From Frankiaceae bacterium (lineage in GTDB: Bacteria; Actinomycetota; Actinomycetes; JAFAQI01), in NCBI GenBank assembly GCA_025929315.1, contig JAICMI010000003.1, positions 132-64,131 on the forward strand: 64,000 nucleotides of DNA, read 5' to 3'. Every line of letters begins with the position of its first letter. Within the stretch, counting starts at the first letter, position 1. The translations under genes were made by a program, and so were the position numbers. The notes under the pieces are model-generated. The model ran no database searches. It had not been told where the DNA came from and saw only the letters and a list, made by a program, of their open reading frames with translations. This document shows positions 9,288 to 17,236 of this stretch, one piece after another.

Positions 9288-9493
9288 CGGCAGCCTGCCA
9301 CGCACGCCGTCGTGCCGAGTGCCGCGCCGGGTCGGCGGCGGAGCCGCTGAGCGTCAAGCCACGCTACAAGCCGCCCGCGCTCGCGGCGGCGGTTTCGAGC
9401 CACGACCACGACACCGGTCCGCGTCCTCGCGGCGCGAAGCAGGTCGTCACGGTGCGCCTGAGCCATCGCCTGTGCGATGCCCGGATGCGTCAT
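9284..9493 (-). CDS. Small Arg-rich protein (69 aa), hypothetical
   Basis: MTHPGIAQAMAQAHRDDLLRAARTRTG... is the C-terminal part of ORF-track ORF 9284..9958, taken from ATG 9493. The N-terminal motif resembles a recurrent small actinobacterial protein type. Translationally coupled to the 43-aa ORF. Confidence 0.4.
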   Translation of the reverse strand: MTHPGIAQAMAQAHRDDLLRAARTRTGVVVVARNRRRERGRLVAWLDAQRLRRRPGAALGTTACVAGCR

Positions 9494-9577
9494 CGCGATC
9501 ACCTCCACACGCAACCCTGCGGCACGAGGCCCGATCGCACGAGTGGCTCTATTGACACTGTCCGTAAGATTAGTGCC

Positions 9578-10555
9578 ATGCACACAGTAGCGGTGGCGGT
9601 CGTCAGCGGGACGGCCCAGTTCGAGCTCGCCGTCGCCTGCGAGGTCTTCGGCATCGACCGGTCCTGGATGTTCGACGACTGGTACGAGTTCAAGCTGTGC
9701 GCCGCCGAGCCGGGCACCGTGCGCACCGCGCAAGGACTGATCCTCGACACCCCGTTCGGCATCGACGACCTGGTGACGGCTGACACGGTGATCGTCCCCG
9801 CGGCCAGCGAGACCAGCGGTCAGCCCGCCCGGCTGCTGGCCGCCCTGCAACAGGCTTATGCCAACGGCGCGCGGATCGCGTCGATCTGCACCGGCGCGTT
9901 CGTGCTCGCAGAGGCCGGGTTGCTCGACGGCCGGCGCGCCACCACTCACTGGGCTCACGCCGCCGATCTCGCCGAACGGTTCCCCGCGGTCGACGTCGAT
10001 CCCAACGTCCTCTACGTCCAGGACGGCCGCATCTTCACCTCAGCGGGCACGGCCGCCGGCATCGACCTCTGCCTGCACATGTTGCGGCTCGACCTCGGCA
10101 CCGACGCGGCCAACGCCGTCGCGCGCCGCATGGTTGTGCCGCCGCACCGCGACGGCGGCCAGGCGCAGTATGTCGATGCGCCGTTGCCGCCCTGCGACAG
10201 CGACACACTCGCTCCGCTGCTCGACTGGGCGATGGAACGCCTCGACCAGCAGCTGACGCTTCGCGACCTCGCGCGCCAGTCCAACGTGAGTGTTCGCACC
10301 TTGGTACGACGCTTCACCTCGGCCACCGGGACGACACCGTTGCAGTGGCTGCTGATCCAACGAGTACGGCGTGCGCAGCATCTGCTCGAGAGCAGCGATC
10401 AGTCGGTCGAACGCATTGCGACGCTTGCCGGTTTCGGCACTGCGGCCAACCTTCGTCAGCACTTCACTCGCGTGGTCGGTGTTCCGCCGATGCACTACCG
10501 GCGAACGTTCCGCGGCGATCACCCGGAGCAAGGCGAGCAGCTGGTGTCCGCATAG
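9578..10555 (+). CDS. GlxA-family transcriptional regulator (DJ-1/PfpI domain + AraC-type HTH)
   Basis: 325 aa from ATG 9578 (MHTVAVAVVSGTAQFELAVACEVFG). The DJ-1 region includes IASICTGAFVLAEAGLLDGRRATTHW. C-terminal AraC HTH: LTLRDLARQSNVSVRTLVRRF ... FGTAANLRQHF. Confidence 0.9.
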   Translation: MHTVAVAVVSGTAQFELAVACEVFGIDRSWMFDDWYEFKLCAAEPGTVRTAQGLILDTPFGIDDLVTADTVIVPAASETSGQPARLLAALQQAYANGARIASICTGAFVLAEAGLLDGRRATTHWAHAADLAERFPAVDVDPNVLYVQDGRIFTSAGTAAGIDLCLHMLRLDLGTDAANAVARRMVVPPHRDGGQAQYVDAPLPPCDSDTLAPLLDWAMERLDQQLTLRDLARQSNVSVRTLVRRFTSATGTTPLQWLLIQRVRRAQHLLESSDQSVERIATLAGFGTAANLRQHFTRVVGVPPMHYRRTFRGDHPEQGEQLVSA

Positions 10556-10568
10556 AAGGACCGCGCAG

Positions 10569-11852
10569 TCAGGAAAGCTGGCCTGGATCGGCCACGAACA
10601 GTTTGTCGACGACGGCCTCGCAGACCGCAGCCGCCACGGTCGAGCCGTCCCGGCCGGCGCGAATCTGCTCAGCGAGCTGCGCGTCCGATTCGACACCTAG
10701 CGCAGCCAGTCGTTGTTGATGGCGCAACGCGAGCGCCGGTCCGAGTCGCAGCTCCCGTCGTACGACGTCCAAGGCGCGTGTCGTCACCCGCGCCAGGAAA
10801 TGGTCGCGTCCGGCCAGCGTCAGCCCGCCGACCCACTCCTGCACCGCCTCGAGCAGCTCATCCGCGGACGGCCGGTCGTGCGGTCCCCCACTTGCCGGGG
10901 CCAGCGGAGGCTTCGCCCGCGCAGCTGCTCTGACAAGGTCGGGATACAGGAGCTCGAGGACGTCGCGTTCGACCTCGCACACGCGGCGACCGATCGCGGC
11001 CAGCTCGACCGACCGCACCGCACCGGACAGATGCGTCGCCGCCTGCTGCACGCAGATCACGCCCCAGCGGGTCGTGCCGCAGAGCTCCCACCAGTTCAAT
11101 GCTGCGGCGTCGACCGACTCACCCCCGGCAGCGGCATAGGCGTCCAGCAGCTCTTGCCGGGTGCCCACGCCGGCGACCGGGTGCGGTCCGCCGAACCGCC
11201 AAGAGCGCACACACATCCAGCCGAGGTCCTCCACCGGGTCGCCGACATGTGCGAGCTCCCAGTCGAGAACGCCGACGAGTCCACTCGCGTCGACCATCCA
11301 GTTACCGAGGCGGAAGTCGCCGTGCACCACGGTCCGACGAGAGGACGGTCGGCGCGACGAGTCGAGCCGCAAGAGCGCCAGCTCCAGCGCCGGATGCGGC
11401 TCGCCGAGATTGTCGAGCATCGCGCGAAGCGTCGCCACCGGATCCGGATCCGTCGGCAGGTCGTCGACCTGATCGACCGCGACACCGCTGTGCAAGCGGG
11501 CGAGCGCGGTGGCGCACTGTTCGACGAGGCCCGCGCGTGCATTCGCGTAGGTCTCATCTCGCAGGATGCGTCGCGCGATCGTCTCGCCATCGAGGTGCTG
11601 CATGATGATCGACGCGTCGTCATCGTCGATGACCGCCGGCACCGGAACGCCTGCCCCGGCTGCCGCTCGGAGCAGTGCCGCCTCGCGCCGCATGGCGCCG
11701 GACCGCGGCGACCCGTCGGGGTCGCGGCGCAGCACCAGCGACCGGCCGTCGAGTGTGAACGACCACGTCTCTCGCGACGCGCCGCCGAGCATCCGGGTCA
11801 GGTCGCGGATCTCACCACCCAGCCGCGCCCCGAGCGCTTCCTCTAGGCCCAC
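10569..11852 (-). CDS. Phosphotransferase (APH/choline-kinase-like) family protein
   Basis: 427 aa. Kinase-like catalytic motifs VVHGDFRLGNWMVD and VLDWELAHVGDPVEDLGW are present. It overlaps the upstream acyl-CoA dehydrogenase gene by 10 nt. Confidence 0.85.
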   Translation of the reverse strand: MGLEEALGARLGGEIRDLTRMLGGASRETWSFTLDGRSLVLRRDPDGSPRSGAMRREAALLRAAAGAGVPVPAVIDDDDASIIMQHLDGETIARRILRDETYANARAGLVEQCATALARLHSGVAVDQVDDLPTDPDPVATLRAMLDNLGEPHPALELALLRLDSSRRPSSRRTVVHGDFRLGNWMVDASGLVGVLDWELAHVGDPVEDLGWMCVRSWRFGGPHPVAGVGTRQELLDAYAAAGGESVDAAALNWWELCGTTRWGVICVQQAATHLSGAVRSVELAAIGRRVCEVERDVLELLYPDLVRAAARAKPPLAPASGGPHDRPSADELLEAVQEWVGGLTLAGRDHFLARVTTRALDVVRRELRLGPALALRHQQRLAALGVESDAQLAEQIRAGRDGSTVAAAVCEAVVDKLFVADPGQLS

Positions 11853-13015
11853 GGCCAGGTCGATGGCTCGCTCGACAGCAGCTGTCGCGCGACCACCATG
11901 CGGTGCACCTCGTCCGGCCCGTCGTACAGCCGGGCGTAACGCGCCTCGCGGTACATGCGCTCGAGCGGAGTGTCGCCGGTCACGCCGAGTGCACCGTGCA
12001 CCTGGATCGCACGGTCTATGACGTCATGCAGGACGCGCGCTCCCCGAAACTTGATGAGGCTGATCTCAACACGCGCTTCGTCGCCGGTGTCCATCGCACG
12101 CGCAGCATCGAGTGTCATGAGTCGGGCACCCTGAATGTCAGCCGCCGACTCGGCGACGAACCGCTGGATCTCGCCCTTCTCCCGCAACAACGAGCCGTGT
12201 GCGTAGCGCGTGTTTGCGCGCTCGACCATCAGCTCGAACGCACGTTGTGCCTGGCCGAGCCAGCGCATGCAGTGGAAGATCCGCCCCGGTCCGAGTCGCT
12301 TCTGCGCGATGCGGAACCCCTTGCCGCGTTCTCCGAGCAGGTTGTCTCGGGGAACACGGACATCTCGGTAGAAGACCTCGCAATGATCGCCGTGCGTCGT
12401 ACCCATCGTCGGCACTGCGCGCGCGATGTCATAGCCGGGCGTATCGGTCGGCACGATGATGGCGGAGAACTTTGCATGCGGTGACTGCGCGTCAGGGTCG
12501 GTCATCGCGAAGACCGTCGTGAAGGCTGCGCGGTGCGCGCCCGTGGTGAACCACTTGTGGCCGTTGATGACCCACTCGTCTCCGTCGAGCACAGCCGTGG
12601 TCTGCATCTGTGTCGGGTCACTGCCGGCGACCTCGGGTTCGGTCAGGCCGACGCTCGGATAGACATCGCCTGCGACCAACGGCTTGAGGAAACGCTCGCG
12701 CTGCTCATCGGACGCGTAGAGATGCAGCATGATCGAGTCCTGCATCGACACGGACCCGACGGCGACCTGCCCCCACTCGGATCGCCCGATGATCTCGTTG
12801 AGATAGACGAAGTCCATGAACGGCAGACCGCCACCGCCGATCTCCGCGGGATGACCGAGAGCCCACAGGTCACGGCGTTTCGCTTCTGCCTTCAATGCTT
12901 CCAGGCGATCGGTTGCGCCGTCGCCCCCATCGACCAGGAGCGGCTCAGCGGGAATCACCTCGCCGTCGATGAACTCCTTCATGCGCCGGCGGAGGTCGGT
13001 CAAGCGGTCGGGCAT
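11843..13015 (-). CDS. Acyl-CoA dehydrogenase
   Basis: 390 aa. Contains GLTEPEVAGSDP, INGHKWFTTGA and RIQVHGALGVTGDTPLERMYREAR, typical of the ACAD fold. Confidence 0.9.
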   Translation of the reverse strand: MPDRLTDLRRRMKEFIDGEVIPAEPLLVDGGDGATDRLEALKAEAKRRDLWALGHPAEIGGGGLPFMDFVYLNEIIGRSEWGQVAVGSVSMQDSIMLHLYASDEQRERFLKPLVAGDVYPSVGLTEPEVAGSDPTQMQTTAVLDGDEWVINGHKWFTTGAHRAAFTTVFAMTDPDAQSPHAKFSAIIVPTDTPGYDIARAVPTMGTTHGDHCEVFYRDVRVPRDNLLGERGKGFRIAQKRLGPGRIFHCMRWLGQAQRAFELMVERANTRYAHGSLLREKGEIQRFVAESAADIQGARLMTLDAARAMDTGDEARVEISLIKFRGARVLHDVIDRAIQVHGALGVTGDTPLERMYREARYARLYDGPDEVHRMVVARQLLSSEPSTWPWA

Positions 13016-13024
13016 GCCCGGACT

Positions 13025-14143
13025 TTATGCCGACATGGCCCGCTGTCGAGGCGTCCGGGCTGTACGACGCCGACGCAGGATCGTCGGCGCGGGTCCGGGA
13101 TGTGCGAACAGATAGCCCTGACCAAGCGGCACGCGCGCGTTGCGCAGCGTCAACAGGTCCGCGCGTGACTCGATGCCTTCGGCGACCAACGTCGCGCCGA
13201 CGTCCTCCGCGAAGGACACGAGCGAGCGAACGAGTGCCTCGCGGCTGTGGTCCTCGCTGATCCCGCGGATGAGATGCGTGTCCAGCTTGATGATCTCGGG
13301 ACTGAGCTCGAGCACATGGCGGAAGCTCGCGAAACCCGCTCCGGCGTCGTCGACGGCGAGGCGAAGTCCGCGCGCACGGAGACCGCCGATGACGCGAAGG
13401 AGCAGGTCGTACTCGCGCACCACTTCGTGCTCGGTCACCTCGACGACAAGTCGATCCGCCGGCACGTCGGCGACGAGTCGTTCGAAGTCCTTGGACACCA
13501 GCGTCGCCGGTGACACGTTGACTGCAAGATATGGCGTCGCTTGGAACGCAGCGAGGTGGGCGAGAGCGCTTCGGACGCAGCTCAGCTCCAGCTCGTGCTG
13601 CAGGCCTGCGTGCGACGCGCGTTCCAACCAGACGTTGGGCGGTTCATAAGGCGACGTCTGGAACCGCGCCAGCGCCTCGTAGCCGACCGGCGTGCCGAGT
13701 GGCTTGTCGAGCGCGACGATCGGCTGCAGATGCATCTCCAGTGCGTCGCCGGCGGCGATGACGTCCCGCACGGTAACGGCGAGCTGCGAGGCGGCCAGCT
13801 GACGCGCGGCCGCGTCAGGCCCTGTCTCGAGGGAGGCGCCGCCCGTGCGCGCCATTTCCTCGACGACGGCCAACGCGTCAGCCAGCCGACCTTGCAGCTC
13901 GGACACCACTCCGGGCGGGAACTCCAGCGCGAACAGGTGCCGGGTCTGTGCAAATGCCGTTTCGATGTCCCCGGACAGCCGCTCGAGCCGGTCTCGCGCC
14001 GGCGCCGGCAACGTGCGTTGGATCGCCCCTACCTCGTCCCAGTGCCGTCGCCATGCCTGGAGCAACGACGACAGGGACTCGAGTGGCTGCGGCGGAGCGG
14101 GCTGCACGCGAGCCGCTCGTCGTCGAGCCATGTCAACTCCCAT
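13025..14143 (-). CDS. EAL-domain protein (putative c-di-GMP phosphodiesterase) with uncharacterised N-terminal domain
   Basis: Contains LQPIVAL...GYEALARF, NVSP, EVTEH, DDAGAGFASF, IKLD and VAEGIES. Start placed at ATG 14143 (GGAG lies 5 nt upstream); 14131 or 14254 are alternatives. Confidence 0.85.
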   Translation of the reverse strand: MGVDMARRRAARVQPAPPQPLESLSSLLQAWRRHWDEVGAIQRTLPAPARDRLERLSGDIETAFAQTRHLFALEFPPGVVSELQGRLADALAVVEEMARTGGASLETGPDAAARQLAASQLAVTVRDVIAAGDALEMHLQPIVALDKPLGTPVGYEALARFQTSPYEPPNVWLERASHAGLQHELELSCVRSALAHLAAFQATPYLAVNVSPATLVSKDFERLVADVPADRLVVEVTEHEVVREYDLLLRVIGGLRARGLRLAVDDAGAGFASFRHVLELSPEIIKLDTHLIRGISEDHSREALVRSLVSFAEDVGATLVAEGIESRADLLTLRNARVPLGQGYLFAHPGPAPTILRRRRTARTPRQRAMSA

Positions 14144-14245
14144 GACGCTCCGGGGAATGAGCGCTTTTGCGTCGATTGGCAGTATGGCACCAATGTCACG
14201 ATCTGTAATCACTTGAATGCCCGCTGTGGTGCGTGACAATGCGTC

Positions 14246-15322
14246 GTGGCGCAAAATTCACCCGTTGAGCCGAGCGCCGATCGACGGCGTCTCGAGGACT
14301 TGTTGGTACGTCTGGGTGCCACCGAGGCCGAGGCCCGGACGGCCGTGGCGGGCCCCGGTGGTGGCGATCTCGCGCTCGAGCTCAACCTTCGGTCGGGACC
14401 GCCGCTGACCCTGGCGGAGGCCACCGAGCGCACAGGCCTCAGCGGCGAAGACTTCGTACGCCTGCTGCATGCACTCGGACTCGTGCCGCCGGCGCCCGGC
14501 ACACCCGCGGTGCCGCGCGACGTCGTCGACGCGATCCCTGTCATCAGCGACGCGGCAGGGCTGCTGGGCGAGGAGACCGCGCTGGGCATCGCACGCGTCG
14601 TCGGCTCCACGTCGAGTCGCATCGCCGAGGCGCTGGTGGACGCCTTCCGCACCGAGTTCGAGGTGCCGAGCCTCACCGCCGGGACCTCCTACGCCGACGT
14701 CGTCGAGCAGTACGTCGACCTCACGCGCGCCGCGCTGCCGCCGTTCCTCGGCCTTCTGGCGGCGGTCATCAAGGCGCATCTGGTCAAGGTCTCCTACGGC
14801 GCCTGGACGCCGGACGCCCAGAACCAAGCCGCCCGGCGCGATCTGTTCGTGGGCTTCGTCGACCTCGTCGGTTACACCGCGCTTTCCCGAACCCTGACGC
14901 CCCGCGACCTCACGACACTCCTCGCCCGTTTCGAGGATCTCGTTGCCGACGTGGTCACGGCCGGCACCGGCCGACTGGTCAAGCTCATCGGTGACGGCGC
15001 GATGTTCGTGTGCGACACCCCGATGGCCGGTTGCCGGGTTGCTCTGGCCCTGTGTGATCGACTCGCCCTCGCCGAAACGCTGCCGCCGGCACGCGTCGGC
15101 GCCGACTTCGGCTCGGTCCTCAGCCTGTACGGCGACTACTACGGCGACGTCGTCAACCGAGCGGCGCGCCTGGTCGCCCTGGCCAATCCGGGCACGGTGG
15201 TGGTGTCCGACAGCGCGGCTGCCGGGCTCGACAACAAGTCCTTCGGTCTCGAGCGGCTTCCGGCGCAAGCCCTCAAGGGTTTCCATGCACCAGCCGTCAC
15301 CTATCGACTGTTGCCCGGCTGA
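14246..15322 (+). CDS. Class III adenylate cyclase with Rv1264/Rv2212-like N-terminal regulatory region
   Basis: 358 aa, GTG start. The catalytic core contains FVGFVDLVGYTALS, VKLIGDGAMFVCD and GDVVNRAARLVALANPGTVVVS. The N-terminal region of about 190 aa is laid out like the mycobacterial pH- and lipid-responsive cyclases (by eye). Confidence 0.85.
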   Translation: MAQNSPVEPSADRRRLEDLLVRLGATEAEARTAVAGPGGGDLALELNLRSGPPLTLAEATERTGLSGEDFVRLLHALGLVPPAPGTPAVPRDVVDAIPVISDAAGLLGEETALGIARVVGSTSSRIAEALVDAFRTEFEVPSLTAGTSYADVVEQYVDLTRAALPPFLGLLAAVIKAHLVKVSYGAWTPDAQNQAARRDLFVGFVDLVGYTALSRTLTPRDLTTLLARFEDLVADVVTAGTGRLVKLIGDGAMFVCDTPMAGCRVALALCDRLALAETLPPARVGADFGSVLSLYGDYYGDVVNRAARLVALANPGTVVVSDSAAAGLDNKSFGLERLPAQALKGFHAPAVTYRLLPG

Positions 15323-15374
15323 CCCGTCGACCTCCCTGGCGATTCGCCCGTATTCGTGGTGCATTGTTAGGGCT

Positions 15375-15390
15375 TGTGACGCAGGTCACA
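15375..15390. promoter_or_regulatory. Perfect CRP-type palindrome TGTGA-N6-TCACA
   Basis: TGTGACGCAGGTCACA lies in the 102-bp gap between the cyclase stop and the transporter operon. It is centred about 42 bp upstream of GTG 15425. A GGAGG RBS is at 15413-15417. Confidence 0.55.
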
Positions 15391-15424
15391 CCCTGCGCGC
15401 CGCCGTCCGACCGGAGGCCGACTC

Positions 15425-17236
15425 GTGCCCAGCAACCCCCTGCTCGGGAAGTTCGGACCGCTCGTCCTTCTCGCTGTCGTCCAACTCGTGCTGGTGCTCG
15501 CCGCACCGTCCACGGCACCAACCGCCAACAGTGCCAGTGCGCTGTCGCCGTACGGCACGACCAGTGACGGGACGGTGGCAGGCCCCGCCGGCAGCGCTGC
15601 AGTGCCGGGCGCGGCCACGACAGCCGCGGGCCCGGCCGGCACCGTGGCGGGCGGCTCGTCCGCTGCCGGCGGCGCCGTGGTCGCCGGTGGCGCGCGCGGC
15701 GGCCAGAGCGCGGGAGGCGCAGTGGCCGGAGTAGGTGGCGACACCTCGCACTGCGTCAACGGGCGGCAGTTCGACCCGTCGATCGACTACTTCGCTCCGC
15801 CGTGCGTCCCCGGCGCACTCGGCGCCGCCAACGTGAACAACGGCGGCGCGACCTGGCCGGGTGTCACCGACAAGCAGATCGAGCTGGTCGTCTATGTCGC
15901 GGACTACGGCGCCGAGGTCGACCAGATCCTCAAGGCACAAGGTCTCTACTACAACGCGAGCGACGCAAAGACGTGGAACGCGGCGTACGCCAAGTTCATC
16001 AACTCGCACTACCAGCTCTACGGCCGGTCGTTGCACGTCGACACCGTGCAAGGTGGCTGCCGCACCGTGCCGCCGGACTACCCGTGCCTCATCAAGGACA
16101 TGGACTCGATCGTCGCCAAGTACCACCCCTACGGCGTCCTGTGGGACACAACGGTCTGCTCGGCCTGCTTCGCCGAGCTGTCGCGCCTACATGTCGTCAA
16201 CTTCGGCGGCAGTGGATTCTCCGACGCGTTCCACAACGCCAACATGCCTTACTCGTACGACGCCGGTGAGTCCTCGACGCGCATCGAGCTCGGCCTCGCG
16301 CAGTGGTGGTGCAACCAGATGACGAGCCAAGGGGGCTCGGGCCGAACAGCGATCTTCGCCGGTGACCAGAACCGGGCTGAGGACTTCCGCAAGAGACCGC
16401 GCGTGCTCGGTGTCATCAGCACCAACGACCCGGACAACGAGGACACCGTCAAGAAGGTCCTCTATCCCGCGCTGCAGAAGGGTTGCGGCGAGCAGGTCAA
16501 GCACGAGTACTTCTACGCCCAGGACATCAACACCGCGACGCAACAGTCACAGGCGGCAGCCGCGGCGATGAACACGCCGAACAGCCCGGCAACGAGCGTC
16601 GTCTGCTTGTGTGACCCCGTCGCCCCGCAGTTCGGTCAGAACGCGTTCGCCACGGACAACTACTGGCCCGAGTCGATCATGGCCAGTGATCAGACGATGG
16701 ACTGGGACTCCAACGCCCAGACCTACTCCCAAGGCGGGCAGAGTCCAGGACTTTCGTGTCCCAACCCGGGCAAGGGCTGTCCGTGGGACAACGCCATCGG
16801 TCTCGGCGCCGAGGGCGCGCAGGAGAACCCCAACAACATGCCCGCCGTCAAGGTCTATCGACTCGCCAGTGGCCAGAAGGGACTGCCCAAGAACGGGCAA
16901 CCACCGGCGCTGACGATCGTCTGGGCCAACCTCAGCATGTTCGCCAGCCTCATCGAGAACACCGGCCCGCTGCTGACCCCCGCCCGCATGCAGGCCGCTG
17001 CCCCTCATATGGGCTTGCGCGGCGGCGGCAGGACCGGCCACGAGCAGCGCGGGTTCGACGGCAGCAGCTGGTGCTGGACGCAGGACTTCCGCGTTGCCTA
17101 CTGGGACAAGAACAGGAAGAGTCCCTTCAACGGTGAGAACGGCACTTACGTCTCGATCGAAGGGCAGCGGTTCACCCTCGGCCACTTCCCGAGGATCAAC
17201 CAGCCGCCGGCTCCTGTCGCCGCCAACCGTTCATGA
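15425..17236 (+). CDS. Membrane-anchored, Cys-rich periplasmic-binding-protein-like protein (ABC cassette 1, component 1)
   Basis: 603 aa. An N-terminal hydrophobic helix is followed by about 90 aa of Ala/Gly/Ser/Thr linker and then a globular domain. GVTDKQIELVV resembles the LivK-type SBP N-terminus. Paralogue of 30077..31780. ATGA overlap with the permease gene. Confidence 0.75.
   Translation: MPSNPLLGKFGPLVLLAVVQLVLVLAAPSTAPTANSASALSPYGTTSDGTVAGPAGSAAVPGAATTAAGPAGTVAGGSSAAGGAVVAGGARGGQSAGGAVAGVGGDTSHCVNGRQFDPSIDYFAPPCVPGALGAANVNNGGATWPGVTDKQIELVVYVADYGAEVDQILKAQGLYYNASDAKTWNAAYAKFINSHYQLYGRSLHVDTVQGGCRTVPPDYPCLIKDMDSIVAKYHPYGVLWDTTVCSACFAELSRLHVVNFGGSGFSDAFHNANMPYSYDAGESSTRIELGLAQWWCNQMTSQGGSGRTAIFAGDQNRAEDFRKRPRVLGVISTNDPDNEDTVKKVLYPALQKGCGEQVKHEYFYAQDINTATQQSQAAAAAMNTPNSPATSVVCLCDPVAPQFGQNAFATDNYWPESIMASDQTMDWDSNAQTYSQGGQSPGLSCPNPGKGCPWDNAIGLGAEGAQENPNNMPAVKVYRLASGQKGLPKNGQPPALTIVWANLSMFASLIENTGPLLTPARMQAAAPHMGLRGGGRTGHEQRGFDGSSWCWTQDFRVAYWDKNRKSPFNGENGTYVSIEGQRFTLGHFPRINQPPAPVAANRS

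Noticed and set aside
15500-15760. Apparent tandem repeats in Ala/Gly/Pro/Thr-rich stretches. They also occur at 21700-21960, 23900-24300 and 31480-31700.
   Set aside because: These are low-complexity coding linkers of the secreted and binding proteins. I could not establish a fixed repeat unit by eye, so they are not reported as DNA repeats.
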